NCBI GenBank assembly: GCA_951406725.2
Contig: OX597817.1
Span: forward strand, 89,900,001 to 89,964,000
Length of the DNA stretch: 64,000 bases
DNA from: Octopus vulgaris
Lineage: Eukaryota
Direction of reading: 5' to 3'
This document shows positions 25,500 through 39,245 of the stretch, one piece after another. The translations under genes were made by a program, and so were the position numbers. Under the pieces are notes generated by a model. That model was not told the DNA's origin. It was given only the letters and a program-made list of their open reading frames with translations, and did not search any database. Position 1 is the first letter of the stretch; the number at the start of each line of letters is the position of its first letter.

Positions 25500-26230
25500 A
25501 TCTATCAATTTTCAAGACAAAGACCTCCAAAACTAAAGACATTGATGCCAATAACATTGCTTTTGATCAGTTTACATGCCAATGGCTGCAGGAAAAAACC
25601 ATTTTAAGGAGAGAATTCCAGAAGGCTTGGAGGAAGGAATGGCTATAGTGATTAGTGCAGAATCTAAGTGGGGTGGTTGATGAGAGAACACTAATGAGTC
25701 TGGACAGTCTGTTTAGATGTTGCATGTGACCTGCTAACTCTGAGGAGCAGAGGCTATTACAGTTGCAGTGGAAAAGGATCTCTGCTGTAACATTACTCAA
25801 TAGGGTGAGTTGTTTGGAGATGAGGGTGTCCCTCCAGGTCAAGCTACTATTTCTCTGCATTGAGAATTCTGAGCTCCAGTTTTACAGATATGTGATTAGT
25901 GCTTAGATGTTGCAAGAAAGAATCAAGATGGATTCTTCAAACCAAGCTAACCTGCAGAAGACCTAGGGGTAGGCCAAGAATCAGATGATTAGCTGATATC
26001 TATAATCTGAATTGGTTACACTCAGGAATCCAGCTGAAAATTGTAATGACAGTTGCTTCTGATTGATCCTGTGAAAGAAGTGCTTGAGGACTCTACTCTC
26101 CACTACCCTCCTAAGGATAGTGGGCAATGAAGATGGATAGAAAAGACATAAGAGATAGTACATCTGTTGGCCAGAGGTTGGGGTGTGTTTGTGAATGACC
26201 TTGTAACAATCTCTCTGGCCTATCTTAGGA
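25500..26230 (-). mobile_element. Old non-LTR retrotransposon fragment (L2/CR1/Jockey-group ORF2 C-terminus)
   Basis: The minus-strand peptide ...NSLCSSELAG...TNHYSHSFLQAFWNSLLKMVF resembles the conserved 'SF..R...LWNSLP..VF' end of these LINEs. Extent is approximate. Confidence 0.55.
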
Positions 26231-26877
26231 TATGGTCTAAGACAGTGTTTCCCAACCTATTCTCCCCCAGGCCCCACTGCATGTGGATGATGCTTAGATA
26301 TTGAATGTTATAGAAATATCATATGCATCAGTGAGCATTGTGGGAGGTGATGGAAGTTAGGGACAAAACCAAAGTGTGTATCAGAGAGGCAGCCTCATCA
26401 ACAGATACTGTGATTGCACAGTCTGACAGGAAGCCACTGAGTCAAAAGATGTGAAAAAGGAGCTCATAGGTTGGTAGCTTTGATTAGAGATTTATCTGCT
26501 ACTAGGCTGATGTCAAGAACAATACTGCTTTTGCTAAATTTCTTAAGGGCAAAGGCCCACTGGTGAATGATGTAGAAAACTAAGTTCCCAGTATATATAG
26601 CGTCACAAAAGCCATTACTGATAGTCACTGAGAAGAGAGATACAGTTTCAAAGAAGTTTGTTGCTTATGGCCATCTTCATCAACTTTGAGATGTTGGAGT
26701 TGACTCTGATAAGGCAGTAGTAGTTGGCTGCGTCACTGTTATACCCTTCTTGGAAATGAGATGCACTGTAACCTCTGTTAATGTATGTATTTACTCCATT
26801 GCATGTATAAGTACTTTGCCTCTCATTTGTATATTCAAACATTCTATACACACCCACATATGTATGTATGTGTGTGT

Positions 26878-26911
<34 letters not shown>

Positions 26912-27189
26912 AACACACACACATGTATGTTTACCAAATTTCTTACAAATTGCTTTATTTATATCAAAGCTTCTTTTGAGATTCTCATTTTCAATTCAGT
27001 ACTTCCTTGTCAGGTCAGCTTTGTAGCATGTGCAGAATAAAAATTTATTTTATTGTCATGTCTTTCAGTCCAGTTTAATGTCTTACACATACTAAGAGTT
27101 ATTATAGTTGGGAAAGGGAACATCCTCCTCTTCACAACTGTAATAGCTTTTAGTATAACACTGTGTAAGTATGTGTATGCGTATATATA

Positions 27190-27620
27190 TATGGCATGAA
27201 TGTATAGTTGAGAAGTTAGTTTTCCAACCACATGGTTTGGAGTTCAGTCCCACTGCATAGTGTTTTGGGCAAATGTCTTCTGCTTTAATATCCTTAGGTT
27301 GATCAAAGCCTTCTAAGTGAATTTGGTTGACCAAAAGAATGAAAGAAGCCCATTGTGTTTGTATGTGTTTGCTTTTCTTCCTTTACATTTGCACTCTATG
27401 GCAGCCACTGTGAGCAGTGTTGTCAACACTATTCCTGTTAACTTGTTTGCTTACTTTGCACCCATCCTTGTAAGCATGTCAAGTAAAAGATCTGTTAACT
27501 TGAAAATAACAGTTAACAATTAGTAACTTGAAAGGTATCTAGTTGTAAAACAATGCATCAATATATTTGGTTAACCCATACAAGCATGGAAAAATGGACA
27601 TGAAAACGAATGAATGATAA
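27190..27620 (+). mobile_element. SINE with family A head and RTE-derived tail
   Basis: Head ccaaccacatggtttggagttcagtcccactg; tail aacccatacaagcatggaaaaatggacatgaaaacgaatgaatgat, resembling the RTE 3' end. Confidence 0.65.
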
Positions 27621-28010
27621 TCGTTTTACACCTACTTTCCTATGCTGACATGACTTGGATGGGTTTTCTGAGGCAATTATGGTTGGATGCCCTTTCAGTT
27701 GCCAACACTTGTAAGAGGTGGCTAATAGGGTTGGCAACAGGATGGGCAAACAGTTTTAAAGTGGTGATTTAGAAAATCTGTCCATTTTATACCAGCATAG
27801 AAACAGCAGACATAAAAATGATATTATATAAGGTTAGATGATTTTACTCATTAATTTTAATTAACACCAAAGGACACTTCTGTGCTGATAACTTGGGATT
27901 AAACAACATAGCCCTTTGTCATTTGTCAACCCAGGGTTAACACTGTTTAACGATTATAAATTTTGTTAATTGAGGGTAAACATTATACAACAATCAACAT
28001 ATTGTTAGTT

Positions 28011-28267
28011 CACATGATCATGTGACCAATCAGGCTATCAGATGTTGTTATATGTTGATGGGCACAATGTGTTTTGCCTTGTTTTAGCCTTCAAATGACA
28101 CCACCCCGCTGGTTAGGCAAGCAGGCCAACATTCCCCACTGATCAAAAAGGGGGACTGGAGCAACATGAAATTGCTCAAGAACCCAACACGCTGTCCAAT
28201 CAGGGATCCAAACCCATAATCTAGTGATAGTGAATGCAACATCCTAACCGCTAGGCCATGCACGTTC
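28011..28267 (-). mobile_element. tRNA-derived SINE family C with 14-bp TSD
   Basis: The minus strand starts gcatggcctagcggttagg (A box). TSD ACATATTGTTAGTT at 27997-28010 and ACATATTGTTAATT at 28268-28281 (one mismatch). Confidence 0.8.
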
Positions 28268-28285
28268 ACATATTGTTAATTAACC

Positions 28286-28452
28286 CTGTTTATACTACAG
28301 TGCTTATCCTAAATTCACCTCATACTTATGTCTGTTTATTACATAGTGTTTTCCTAGGGTTAACAGATATTGTTAGTTAACCCTGGGAAAATACTATATA
28401 ATAAATGGACATAGATGAGTTGAATTTAGGATAAGCACTGTAGAACAAACAG
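28286..28452. repeat. Imperfect palindrome/fold-back (~78-bp arms, 11-nt spacer)
   Basis: ctacagtgcttatcctaaattca...ttttcctagggttaac is mirrored by gttaaccctgggaaaa...tgaatttaggataagcactgtag. Confidence 0.85.
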
Positions 28453-28803
28453 TTGGAAGTGTCATTAACTAACCAAGAGTAATAGTATACAGCTACTGGC
28501 ATTGGTATTAGTTATATTTCACTCAGATCTATTATTGTTGCATGGGGAAAATTTCAAATTTAGAACCATTCTGGTCTGACTCCAGACAGGTACTTCCAGT
28601 GCAAGCTCTCCTCCTCACTTTGTCTTTCTGTTTTGTTTGTACAAGACTCCAGTCTCAGGTACACTGTTTGGAAAGAAAACAAAACAAAAAACAAAAACGA
28701 AAGATAATGTGGTTCCAACTAGAATGTCTGATGTTTAGCTGCTGAATCAGAGCTGAGTAGGGTCTCAGTGGTAAAAATGTTCTTTCTTTTATTGTTAACT
28801 GCA

Positions 28804-28957
28804 CGTCAGCATAGCTAGAATGTGTACTGCTCAGGGGAGACCTTCAGTTTGCTGCCCCTGGGCCCCTACAAAAAATACATATTGCCTACTGCAGACCCAA
28901 AAGTGGTGTTGCCCAGGTTGGGCTACCCCCCTCCATCCCCCTCTAGCTACATTAGTG
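28804..28957. mobile_element. Possible old MITE with degenerate TIRs
   Basis: TAGCTAGA at 28812 and TCTAGCTA at 28942 flank a GC-richer interior with inverted tgccc/gggc words. Confidence 0.4.
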
Positions 28958-30407
28958 CTTCTGCATAATACCTATTTTACTAGGAAAAAACAAAAGTGAC
29001 ATCATGAATTCTTATTCTTTTTTCTGCTGTGCTACTAATGACTTCTGCCCACTCTCTGTAGAGCAGACATTACCAAATATGTTTGATCAGTTGAATCTAT
29101 ACAATTGCATTCATTGCTCTTACAACATCTTTAAATGCAACCATCATATGGTTCCTGCATTTTACAGAGTCCATTGCTGCAACTAGACACTTTGTTTTCT
29201 CCTCACCCATATGATTCTTGCTGACATATTTATAGTTCTGATTGGGTAATGGTTACATCAGTGTTACCAGTCTGGATAGAGGCCCTTCAAAGCATTGTCC
29301 TCTTTACACATATGTATTGTTATGAAAATGTTGATAATATGAAATATATGCAGTGATGGAATTGTTGATAATGATGAAATTATTAAGGATAAAATCTTGT
29401 GTAATTTTGTAATGTAAATTTCCGTTATCAGTGTCATCAATCTTAGAATGTGATCTGCAAAGATCAAGGACACTGCCACCCCCCCTTCTATATCAATACA
29501 ATTGTTATTGACATGGTGGGTTGTGTTGACGTTGTTAGTAATAATGAAATTGTTAAGACTAAAGCTTTTGAAACTCCATATTAATCAAGCCATTGTATAA
29601 TTTGCACCACACAGATTACTTTCACCCCTTCTATCAATCTTGCTAAGCTGAGAGAGTGGCCACTGCCATTTTTTACTGCTGCTTCTGACTGGCTTATATA
29701 TAAATAAAATCAATTTGTGTTTTTAATGAAGATTACCCCATGTTTATACTGGATGCTGTGGCTATAATCTAGTACTTAAATTTTCATAACTATATTTCAA
29801 ACAAGGCTACATTGCTTATGTTTTCCAGTCAAGTTTTGGAGATAATTAATAAATTGGAACAGAGTGGGTGGTTATTAATTCAATTAACATTTTTATATTC
29901 TGGTATTTAATGTGTTGTTTGGGACATTGAAGAAAACATTAACAGGCAAAAGAAAGCCTATAAATGAGCCTGAATGTTGTTGCTCAGCATTCTAGAAATA
30001 GCAGCCAAAAAATACTAAGATTATACCCACTCTGTTAACTTTAATATGAAGGGTATGCTGGATAATATCATCAAAGAGATACTACCTGAATAAAACCAAA
30101 ATAAGGGCGGGTTATGACTAGAATAGCTTTAATCGAACATCTACTGGATTTGGGTAAACATAGGACTTAGTGTCTGTTGGAATTATGACACATCTGATAA
30201 GTTTTTAAACAAGATTTTAATATCCATATTAACACGTTGATACTTAGATGGTGCTAGTCTTCATGTGATCACTGTTTTAAAGACAAGACTTTTTTATAAA
30301 GAGATATTGCTTAATTCATTAAGTCCAGTAACAAAATAATTTTCTTGCTCATTGTCAGTCCAGTTTACTTCATGATTAGTAATGAAGTTTAGAAAAGATT
30401 AAGATAT

Positions 30408-30830
30408 CTTTTACTTTTTATTTTTTACTTGTATCTCTCATTTGACAGTGGTCAAGCTGGGGCACCATCATGAAGGGTACTAGTAGAACAAATTAACCAC
30501 CCCAGGACTTATTTTTTAAGCTTATTACTTATTCTATCAATCACTTTTGCCGAACTGCTACATCACAGGGATATAAACACACCAACACTGGTTGTCAAGT
30601 GGTGGTGGGACACACACACACACACATATATATATATATCATCATCATTGTTTAACGCCCATCTTCCATGCTAGCATGGGCTTCTTTCAGTCTCTAGCTA
30701 CTAAATCCACTCATAAGGCTTTCATCAGCCTGAGGTTATAGTAGAAGTCACCAAGATGCCATACAGTGAGATTGAATCCAGAATCATGTGGTTGGGAAGC
30801 AAGCTTCTTACCACACAAACCCTGTCTAGC
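30408..30830 (-). mobile_element. SINE family A containing a ~42-bp RTE 3'-terminal fragment (30639-30680)
   Basis: Reverse-complement family A tail and head. atcatcattgtttaacgcccatcttccatgctagcatggg sits in its central microsatellite. Confidence 0.75.
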
Positions 30831-32959
30831 CTATGAAAAAAAAAAACACTTTTTGCTTGTAATTTTTTGTTTCCCTATTAATTTAGCTAATTTCTAAAAT
30901 AGTAATAGTTCTGCTAATTCTCCCTGGAAGGGAATTGGCAGAGTGGTGAACTTTTTCTTATGGTCTGAGTTCAAATCCTGCTGAGGTTGATGTTGCCATT
31001 CATCCTTCCATCGTTTATTAAAGTACCAGTTATATACTCAGGTAGTCAGTTTAGTTAGTTACCATTTGTGACCTTGTGTCCCTGTAAGAAATCACAATAC
31101 AAAACTTATTTGAACTTGGAAATGCATTTGTCCTTATAAAGAATGTTATTGTGAACTGGACCAGTTGAAATAGGGACTTCAGTTCGTTCATGTATATTGG
31201 GAACCTACTGCTCATTCATACACATGCTCCCTCTCTACTTCATTCACTCACCCATACTCTCCCACTTTTTCATTCATGCACATTGCTCACACACTCTGTT
31301 CACACTTTCATTCATCCACACTCTTATTCACACCTACACACTTTGTCTCATATTCTCTCTTTTCTTCTTCTCTCCTAACACTGAGCTCAGATACTACTGT
31401 TATTTGATACTAGAAATTCTACTACTACTATTAGTAACTTGGTGTCAATCTATTTTCTTCCGTATTAATCAGGGTCTCTTTGTTCTGTATTCCCTTGCTA
31501 CTACCAACACAGCCTACCTCATCCCTCCTAACATCCACTCAACCAACCAGCCTCATACACACCTCACACTCACTGTGCATAGTCACACATCCACACAGAT
31601 AACTCACAAATTTATTGATGCACTTACAGACACACACAAATTCATACATGTACACATGCAGTTCATCCATGTGTGCTCTTAACTCATGCATACACATATA
31701 TAGCTCAAGAATAGACATGTACAAATCATGCACACATACATGCTTGTAAATGCAACTGGTACAGAAACAAATGTTATTATTCTATGGAACAGGGAACAAA
31801 AAGTCATGCACTGTTGTAGAGGTCAGCTGCTCAGTTGATGTGAATGCTTTGTCTAATGTTGTAAGAAAAGTTTACATCTATTGTGAAGTAATGCAAAACT
31901 TTCAGCTTTTGTATTGGGGTTATAGAGCTTTATTTGTCACTATTATCATAGATGCATTCGACTGTGTAACTACAGATTTGTATAAAAGCCTCAAAATTTC
32001 TGGGGGTTTCCCTGAAAGAACAAAGCAAACTGACTCATTTCCACTAAATCCAATCAATTAGCAATACAGTGAAGATTTGTAAAGTATGAACCCAAAAAAA
32101 AAGAAAAAAATCTGTTTGAATTTCCTTGACTGAACATATACAACAATCACATGCATACATTTGATGCACACACATACACTCTCTCTCTCTCTTGTACTAG
32201 AGAAGCCTACAATCCAATTATTACATGAATGCAATTCATAATATATGTATATATTATGTTTTCATAAATCCCAGGAACTGTCTCGACTAACAATAATAAA
32301 AAAAAAGGTGGGGGTGCTACTTTGTTAGTGACCTGTTTGAATTTTGGTGAAAAAAAATAAAAATTAATCACACAGGAAAACCCACATGCACATACGCACA
32401 CAGACGCATACAAATACCCTGCTCTCCCTCTCTCTCATGCACACAGTCTTAGTCAACAGCACTTCTTGAATGGCATCAGTAATGGTATTTATTGGCTTGT
32501 GTGAATCACACACACATGCCAGCATGCATGCTTGCACATGCTACCATTCTACCTCCCCTGTCTTTTAATAAGAACCAAGTGATGTGAAGAATTGGTACAC
32601 CACTTCATGTTCTCTCCCCCTCTCACATGCATTCTCTCATACTCACTTTCTTCCTTCACCTCATTTATTGCATATATTATGTAAATTACTTGTTGGTGGT
32701 GGCACTTGATGGAATTTGGTTGAGTTCTGCTTCCAATTAAAGTTCACATCTCCCATGCTTCCTTTCCTGCAGAATATAATAATAATGAGGATGAGGATGT
32801 TTCTAATTTACATACGAAGCCAGCAATTTTAACAGGAGAGTGTTGGCACCATTGACCCTGGTACTTGATTGGTACTTTATTTTCTAGATTGCAGAAGGAT
32901 AGAGGACTGAACTTGGCAGGGTTTGAACTAAGAATGTGAAGACCTGGAACAAATGAATT

Positions 32960-33450
32960 TACCCAGTACTTTTTTTTTCAAGTCTGGTACTTATTCTATC
33001 AGTCCCTTTTGCTGAACTGCCAAGTTATGGTGGTGTAAACACATCAACACCAGTTGTCAAGCAGTAACAGGGGACAAACACAGGCACAATGCACACAGTT
33101 CCCATCTCCCAAATCCACTAATAAGGCTTAACCCTTTCGTTACCAACCCGGCCAAAACCGGCTCTGGCTCTGTTTTCATAAGTTTTGCATTGAAATCTTC
33201 CACCAAACCTTAGTCGCAATTTATATACCTAGCACTAGTTGAATGATAACTGAGTTATTTTACTAAATTCTTTGTTATATTTAAAATAATTGAAAGGAAC
33301 GGAGAGCATCTCAAAATAAGTACAGTAACGAAAGGGTTAAGTTGGCAAGAGCTTATAGTAAGAGATACTTGCCCAAAGTGCCATGCATTGGGACAGAACT
33401 TGGAACCATATGGTTGGGAAGCAAGCTCCTTACCACACAGCCATGCCTGC
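32960..33450 (-). mobile_element. SINE family A interrupted by a piggyBac-like MITE
   Basis: Family A sequence continues on both sides of 33128-33340. Confidence 0.75.
33132..33336. mobile_element. piggyBac-like MITE (205 bp)
   Basis: Perfect 12-bp TIRs CCCTTTCGTTAC/GTAACGAAAGGG, flanked by TTAA at 33128-33131 and 33337-33340. Confidence 0.9.
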
Positions 33451-33524
33451 ACTTATTCTGTATATATTTTAGAACATCTCTGCTGTTCTACAATGTGGCA
33501 AATGTGATATTTTATAATTGTTCT

Positions 33525-33972
33525 CAGACAAGGTTGTATGGCATGAAGTTTGCTTCCTAACCATATGGTTCTGGGATCAGTCTCACCGTGCAGCACCTTA
33601 GGCAAGTGTCTTCTACTATATCCCCTGGCCAACCAAAGTAGATTTAGTAGATGGAAACCGAAAGAAGTCCATTATATATGTGTGTATATCACGTGATCAC
33701 GATGTTACACATCGCTGGTCACAATGCGCTTCCCATTGTTTTAGCCTTCAATGACGCCACCCCACTGGCTAAGCGAGCAAGCCAACAGAAGAAAGAGTGA
33801 ATGTTGTGGTGAAAGAGTACAGCAAGGATCACCACCACCCCCTGCCAGAGCCTCATGGAGCTTTAGGTATTTTCGCTCAATAAACACTCACAACGACCGG
33901 TCTGGGAATTGAAACCACAATCCTACGACCACAAGTCCGCTGCCCTAACCACTGGGCCATTGCACCTCCATA

Positions 33973-34003
<31 letters not shown>

Positions 34004-34467
34004 TCACGCACACACATACATCATACATATATATATGTTGTGTATCTTTGTGTTTTTCCCCACCACTGCTTGGCAACTGGTGTTGGTTTATGTTCCCATA
34101 ACTTAGCAGTTCAGTCAAAAGGGAATGATAGAATAAGTGCAAGGCTTAGAAAAAACTAAGTACTGAGGCTGATTTGTTTAACTATAACTTTCAAGGTGGT
34201 GCACTAGCATATCCGCAATTTAATGGCTGAAACAAATAAAATGATTGAACAAAAAAACATACATATGTATTTGTCCCCCTGGCATTGCTTGACAACCGAT
34301 GCTGGTGTGTTTACGTCCCCGACACTTAGCAGTTCAGCAAAAGAGACCGATAGAATAGGTACTGGGCTTACAAAGAATAAGTCCCGGGGTCGATTTGCTC
34401 GACTAAAGGCAGTGCTCCAGCATGGCCGCAGTCAAATGACTGAAACAAGTAAAAGAATAAAAGAATA
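33525..34467 (+). mobile_element. SINE family A with a nested family C SINE and a duplicated 3' half
   Basis: Head at ~33525-33688, first tail at ~34040-34245, second and less decayed tail at ~34270-34467. Confidence 0.75.
33689..33970 (-). mobile_element. tRNA-derived SINE, family C-related, nested in a family A microsatellite
   Basis: Minus-strand head ggtgcaatggcccagtggttagggcagcggac...ggtttcaattccc. Shares its 3' part with 28011-28267. Confidence 0.8.
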
Positions 34468-35084
34468 TTATTATATTCTGAAATATCACTGCACCATTAT
34501 TTGTTAATAATTCTGTGCTGATGTAAGCTACTGTATGGGTACCTGTTGATCAGGGATGACCATTTACCTACATCTGTATGTGCAGGCTTTGATAAGATTT
34601 TGCATTGGAAGACTGGTAGAATGGTGCAGATAAGTCTTTCCTTTCCACATCAATGATGTTGTTCAAGGGAAACATCACCACCTTTTAATGGATATAGCTT
34701 GGCACCTATGTTGTCAATGCAAAAATCTAGAACAGTTACCATAAGTTATTCTGTCTGGTACCCTTAGAGTTTTGCTAATCCACCTCTCCAGATTAGTACT
34801 TTTATCCTTTATTAACCTTAAAAGGATGACTGGTGAAGTTGAGTTTGGCAGGACCTGAACTGAAGGCAGGGAGCCAGAACAACACTGCAAAGCACTCTAT
34901 CCAATGCTGTTATAATACTGCCATTTTGTCACCTTACATTGCTACAGTGTTGTTATGATGTACAGTAATATCTCAGACATTGCTGTATCCAACATGGCAT
35001 ATTCTTTCAAGCTCAATATTTTGCTGTATATTTTTCAAATGAAATATCTCATATTTCTACATTCTGCACATACATATTGTAGTT

Positions 35085-35420
35085 ACATGACTCAGTGGTT
35101 AAAGTATTGGGCTCACAATCATGAGGCAATGAGTTTGATTCCTGGACTGGGCTGTGTTGTGTTCTTGAGCAAGACACTTTATTTCACATTGCTCCAGTTT
35201 GTTCAGTTGTAGAAATGAGTTACAATGTTACTGGTGCCAAGCTGTATCAACCTTTGCCTTTCCCTTGGATAACATCGGTGGTGTGGAGAGGGGAGGCTGG
35301 TATTGATGGGCAACTGCTGGTCTTTTACAAACAACCTTGCCCTGACTTGTGCCTCGGAGAGTAACTCTCAAGGTGCAATCCCATTGTCATTCATGACTGA
35401 ATGGGTTTTTTACCTTTTTA
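35085..35420 (+). mobile_element. tRNA-derived SINE (B-type head/core with a different body)
   Basis: tgactcagtggttaaag...gagtttgattcc...tgtgttcttgagcaagacactttatttcacattgctccag. An inverted fragment of the same body lies at ~34600-34710. Confidence 0.7.
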
Positions 35421-35696
35421 CTATATTTCATCAAGTTAGCAGGGAACCATTGGAATTCATTGAAATACCTATCACATCTCCCTAAAACAAATTATGCACT
35501 ACTATCTTAAGAAAAAAAAAAAGGCAAGTACACATTGAGTAATGTAGCTTGGGATACATTTTCTTAATACAAAACAGGATAGTCATGGCTGGACTACTTT
35601 TGGTCAAAAGTCTACTAAATCAGAGCTACCCTGGGGCTGAACAAGAAGTGTATTTAGTATACAATCTCTTATATGCAAGCACAGCAGAAATATTGA

Positions 35697-35900
35697 TTTT
35701 AAATTTTGGCACAAGGCCAGCAATTTCGAGAGAGGTGGGTAAATTGATTAAATTGACACCAATGTTCAACTGGTACTCATTTAATCAACCCTGAAAGGAT
35801 GTAAGGCAAAGTTGACCTTGGCAGAATTTGAGCTCAGCATGTAAAGACAGATGAAATGCCATGAAACATTTTGCATGTCATGCTAATGTTTCTACCTTAA
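35697..35900 (-). mobile_element. Family D (Nin) SINE, CpG-decayed
   Basis: atcaaccctgaaaggatgtaaggcaaagttgaccttggcagaatttgagctc. Confidence 0.8.
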
Positions 35901-38834
35901 ACACTACAGAGATATCAAGTGAAGAGATTCCTTTGAGTTTGGCAATCATTGCTGCTACTATGATGGCAGTAACAATATAATGAATAAATAATATGGTATA
36001 TGTAAGTAAAATGCCCCTTGGTGGGATTTTGATATCTTTAGTTTGGGTTGATGTCTTCCTGTCTAATGCATACAGTATCCAGAGCCTTCCCTTTATATTT
36101 TTCTCCTAGGTCACCTCATCCTCCTCCTCCACTGAACAGGGGGTTGTATGGGAAGAATCTCTGTTTCCATGTCTAAAACATCATTTCCTGGTTTTCTTTT
36201 TAAAGAGATATGACTTTCCTTTGTTCTTCGACCTCTCTCCCATCACCAATTGCCTTGAGTGCATGAATACACACACACATACCATGCACACATAGATTCA
36301 GTTGCATACATACAGACATTTCCATGTTCAAAAGGTTATATATATGTTTATGTAAATACTGCATATAAAATAGGCATATAAATACATGTGTAAAATATGT
36401 ATACACAGAATTATGCACGTGCACACACACATTTCATTTACTATTAAGGATCTTTTTGGTTGGAGTGTGGCCATACTGGAGTATAGCTTTCAAGCATTTA
36501 GATAGATATATTGACACCACTCCTTATTTTAATACTGTAATTTATTGATAATGTATGTTCGAATCAAAATTTCAGGATATAAACAAGCACAAACACATAT
36601 ATTGTGAATTTTTTTCCCATATCCTTTGGTATTAACAGAATTTATTTTTGACACTTCAATAATGGGTTTTACTTCGTGGAATTAAAAAAAAAATCAAGGA
36701 CAGGAAATTAATTTAAAGAACAATTAAATTAGTGCATCAAATTAAAAACAAAAAAGGTTGGTTATAACTTCGCTTTTGTTTTATGAGTAGATTCCTTTGA
36801 AATCTACTGCAAAATGAAAGTATATAATAATATGCAATTATATATACATGCACACATGTATGTATATATAATGCCCATCCTCACATATCTTGTCTTGTTA
36901 CATGAACAGTAACAAATTGTTTCTGGATTCAAGAGGGATGTTTCTGTAATCATTTGGTTTTTAGTTTATTTTTTTGTATGTCAGTTTCCGATAAGTTTTT
37001 TTTTTTTTTTACGTTGTTTTATTATATAGAACACTAGGGCAATGAACTGGCAGAATCATTGACATACCGGATAAAATGTTTAGTTTGCATTTCTTCTGGC
37101 TTGATGTTCTGATTTAAAATTGTGCCAAAGTCTATTTTACTTTTCATCCTTTTAGAGTACAAGTTAAACACTGGAGTCCACTAGCCTCCCCCACACAAAA
37201 TTTCATGCCTTGTGCTTATAGAAAAGATTACATAGGGCTGTGGATTGGTAAAATTATTAGAGCAAGAAGACAAAATATCTGGTAGTATTTAGTTAATATC
37301 TCTTAGTATAATTTAAGTATACCTTTTCCCATATAGAACAAAGTTTTTTTGTTTTTTTTTTACCCTACTCAACCAGGCAAACTGAAGCTGGGTTTGCATT
37401 CTTCACTTCAGTATCTTAACTACACCACTGCCAATGCTACTGCTAACTATTGTCTTCTTCTTTTCTTCGTGAATTTAATATCAGTAAATATTGTTGACCT
37501 GATAACCTAATTTGTGTTAAATCTTTTACTGCAAGGTTCTTTGTGGTCATTCACACTGCTTACACACTATATATATATATATATGTTTGTGTGTGTGTGT
37601 GTTCCTGAGCCATGGAGTTTTAGGTTCAGTTCCACTGTACATGACCTTGGGTGAACATCTACTGTAGCTCTGGGCTCACTGCTTTGTGAGTGGATTTGAT
37701 AGATAGAATCATAAAAGAAGCCTTTTATGTGTGTGTATGCATATTCGTGTGTTGTTGGCACTTCTGTTAATAAATCATTCATTCACTTCATGTCTTTGAA
37801 GCTGTTTGGAAGAAGTGATCCCTTGCTTAAAAACTACACAAGATTAGCATCAGGAAGGGCATCTGGCTGTAAAACAATCCTTCAACATATCTAATCCATG
37901 TTTTCATGAAAAAGTAAAAAAAAAAAAAAATGAACATGTATCCATACATAAATAAATATGTAACCACAGATGTGTGTATATACTTTGTAGGCCAGTTTGA
38001 TGTTATGTGTTACTGTTGTTTAGCCCTGGGTCAGCTCTGGCAAAGCAATTTCTAACCCTGATCCACTCTTTATTTAGACTTAGTGTATTTATGACATTAT
38101 CCAATCACATTTAACTTTTAATGAGATAGTTCTGGCTGCTATTTCTAGCAGGTTGAACAAGCACATGGAATTTCACTCGTTATTAGTGTACATCTCTGTT
38201 ATTGCTTCGTCTCTTTCAATTATACCTATCATAAAACATGTCTATGAAAGTTTTTGTACCACACCCTGTTTATAAATGAACAACACATAGTTAAATTCCT
38301 CAAGGTTGCAACAAATAATTTGTCTCTCATGGTAACTTCTCAAATTGTCAGAACAGAATATAGAGGATAGGATTCCATTTCAAGGTCAGAAAATATTTTG
38401 GCTCTATTTTCTCTGTTGTATGAATAAAACACCTGGAGTACTCTATATATACATGCCGTAACTTACTGTGATATTATCTTATGTTGTATGTACTCTTCAA
38501 AATATGTGGGCAATATCTGGAAGTGAAGGCACATGGCTAAGAATGTGGCTTGATTTCTGGAGCAGGTGGTGGGTTGTGTCCTTGAGCAAAGTGCTTCATT
38601 TCACATTGCTCTTTTGTGTTCAGCAGAAATGAGTACCAGCTGTTTTAATTTTAGTTGTGCTATTTTCTTTGTTGCTCTGGGATTTTGGTTATATATTTCT
38701 AAAGTTTTTTCTTAATCATTCCCAAAGTGAGGTGACGGCATCTGTTTTCAATTTCTATGTTCTGGTTATCTCTACTTCCAGGTTTATAGCCCAAGATAGT
38801 TTATCATTATTATTACTATCATCATTATTAATGT

Positions 38835-39245
38835 GGTGGAGCTTGTAGAATTGTTTCTGCACCAGACAGAATACTTAACAGCATTTCTTCCAGTTCAAAT
38901 GCCACAAAGGCTGACTTTGCTTTTCATCCTTTCAAAATTGATTAAACAAGTACCAGTTTAGTGCTGGAGCCAATGTAATCAAAATTACTGGCCTTGTGCC
39001 AAAATTTGAAATTATTATTATCAAGGATGAAGTGGTTGGCATAATTGTTAACATACCAGACAATATGCTTAGTAGCATTTTGTTCATTTTTATGTTCTAG
39101 GTTCAAATTCTTCTGAGGTTGACTTTGCCTTTCATTCTTTCAGGGTCAGTGTAATAAGTACCAACTGAGCACTGAGGTCGATGTAATTGACTAGCCTCCT
39201 GCACCAAGTTTCAGGCCATGTTTCTATAACAGAAAGAATTATCAT
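38835..39245 (+). mobile_element. Two tandem family D (Nin) SINEs, + orientation
   Basis: gttcaaat...gactttgcctttcat...aagtacca occurs twice. Confidence 0.75.

Noticed and set aside
26242-26280. hAT-like TIR CAGTGTTTCCCAACC
   Set aside because: No matching opposite terminus or TSD was found.
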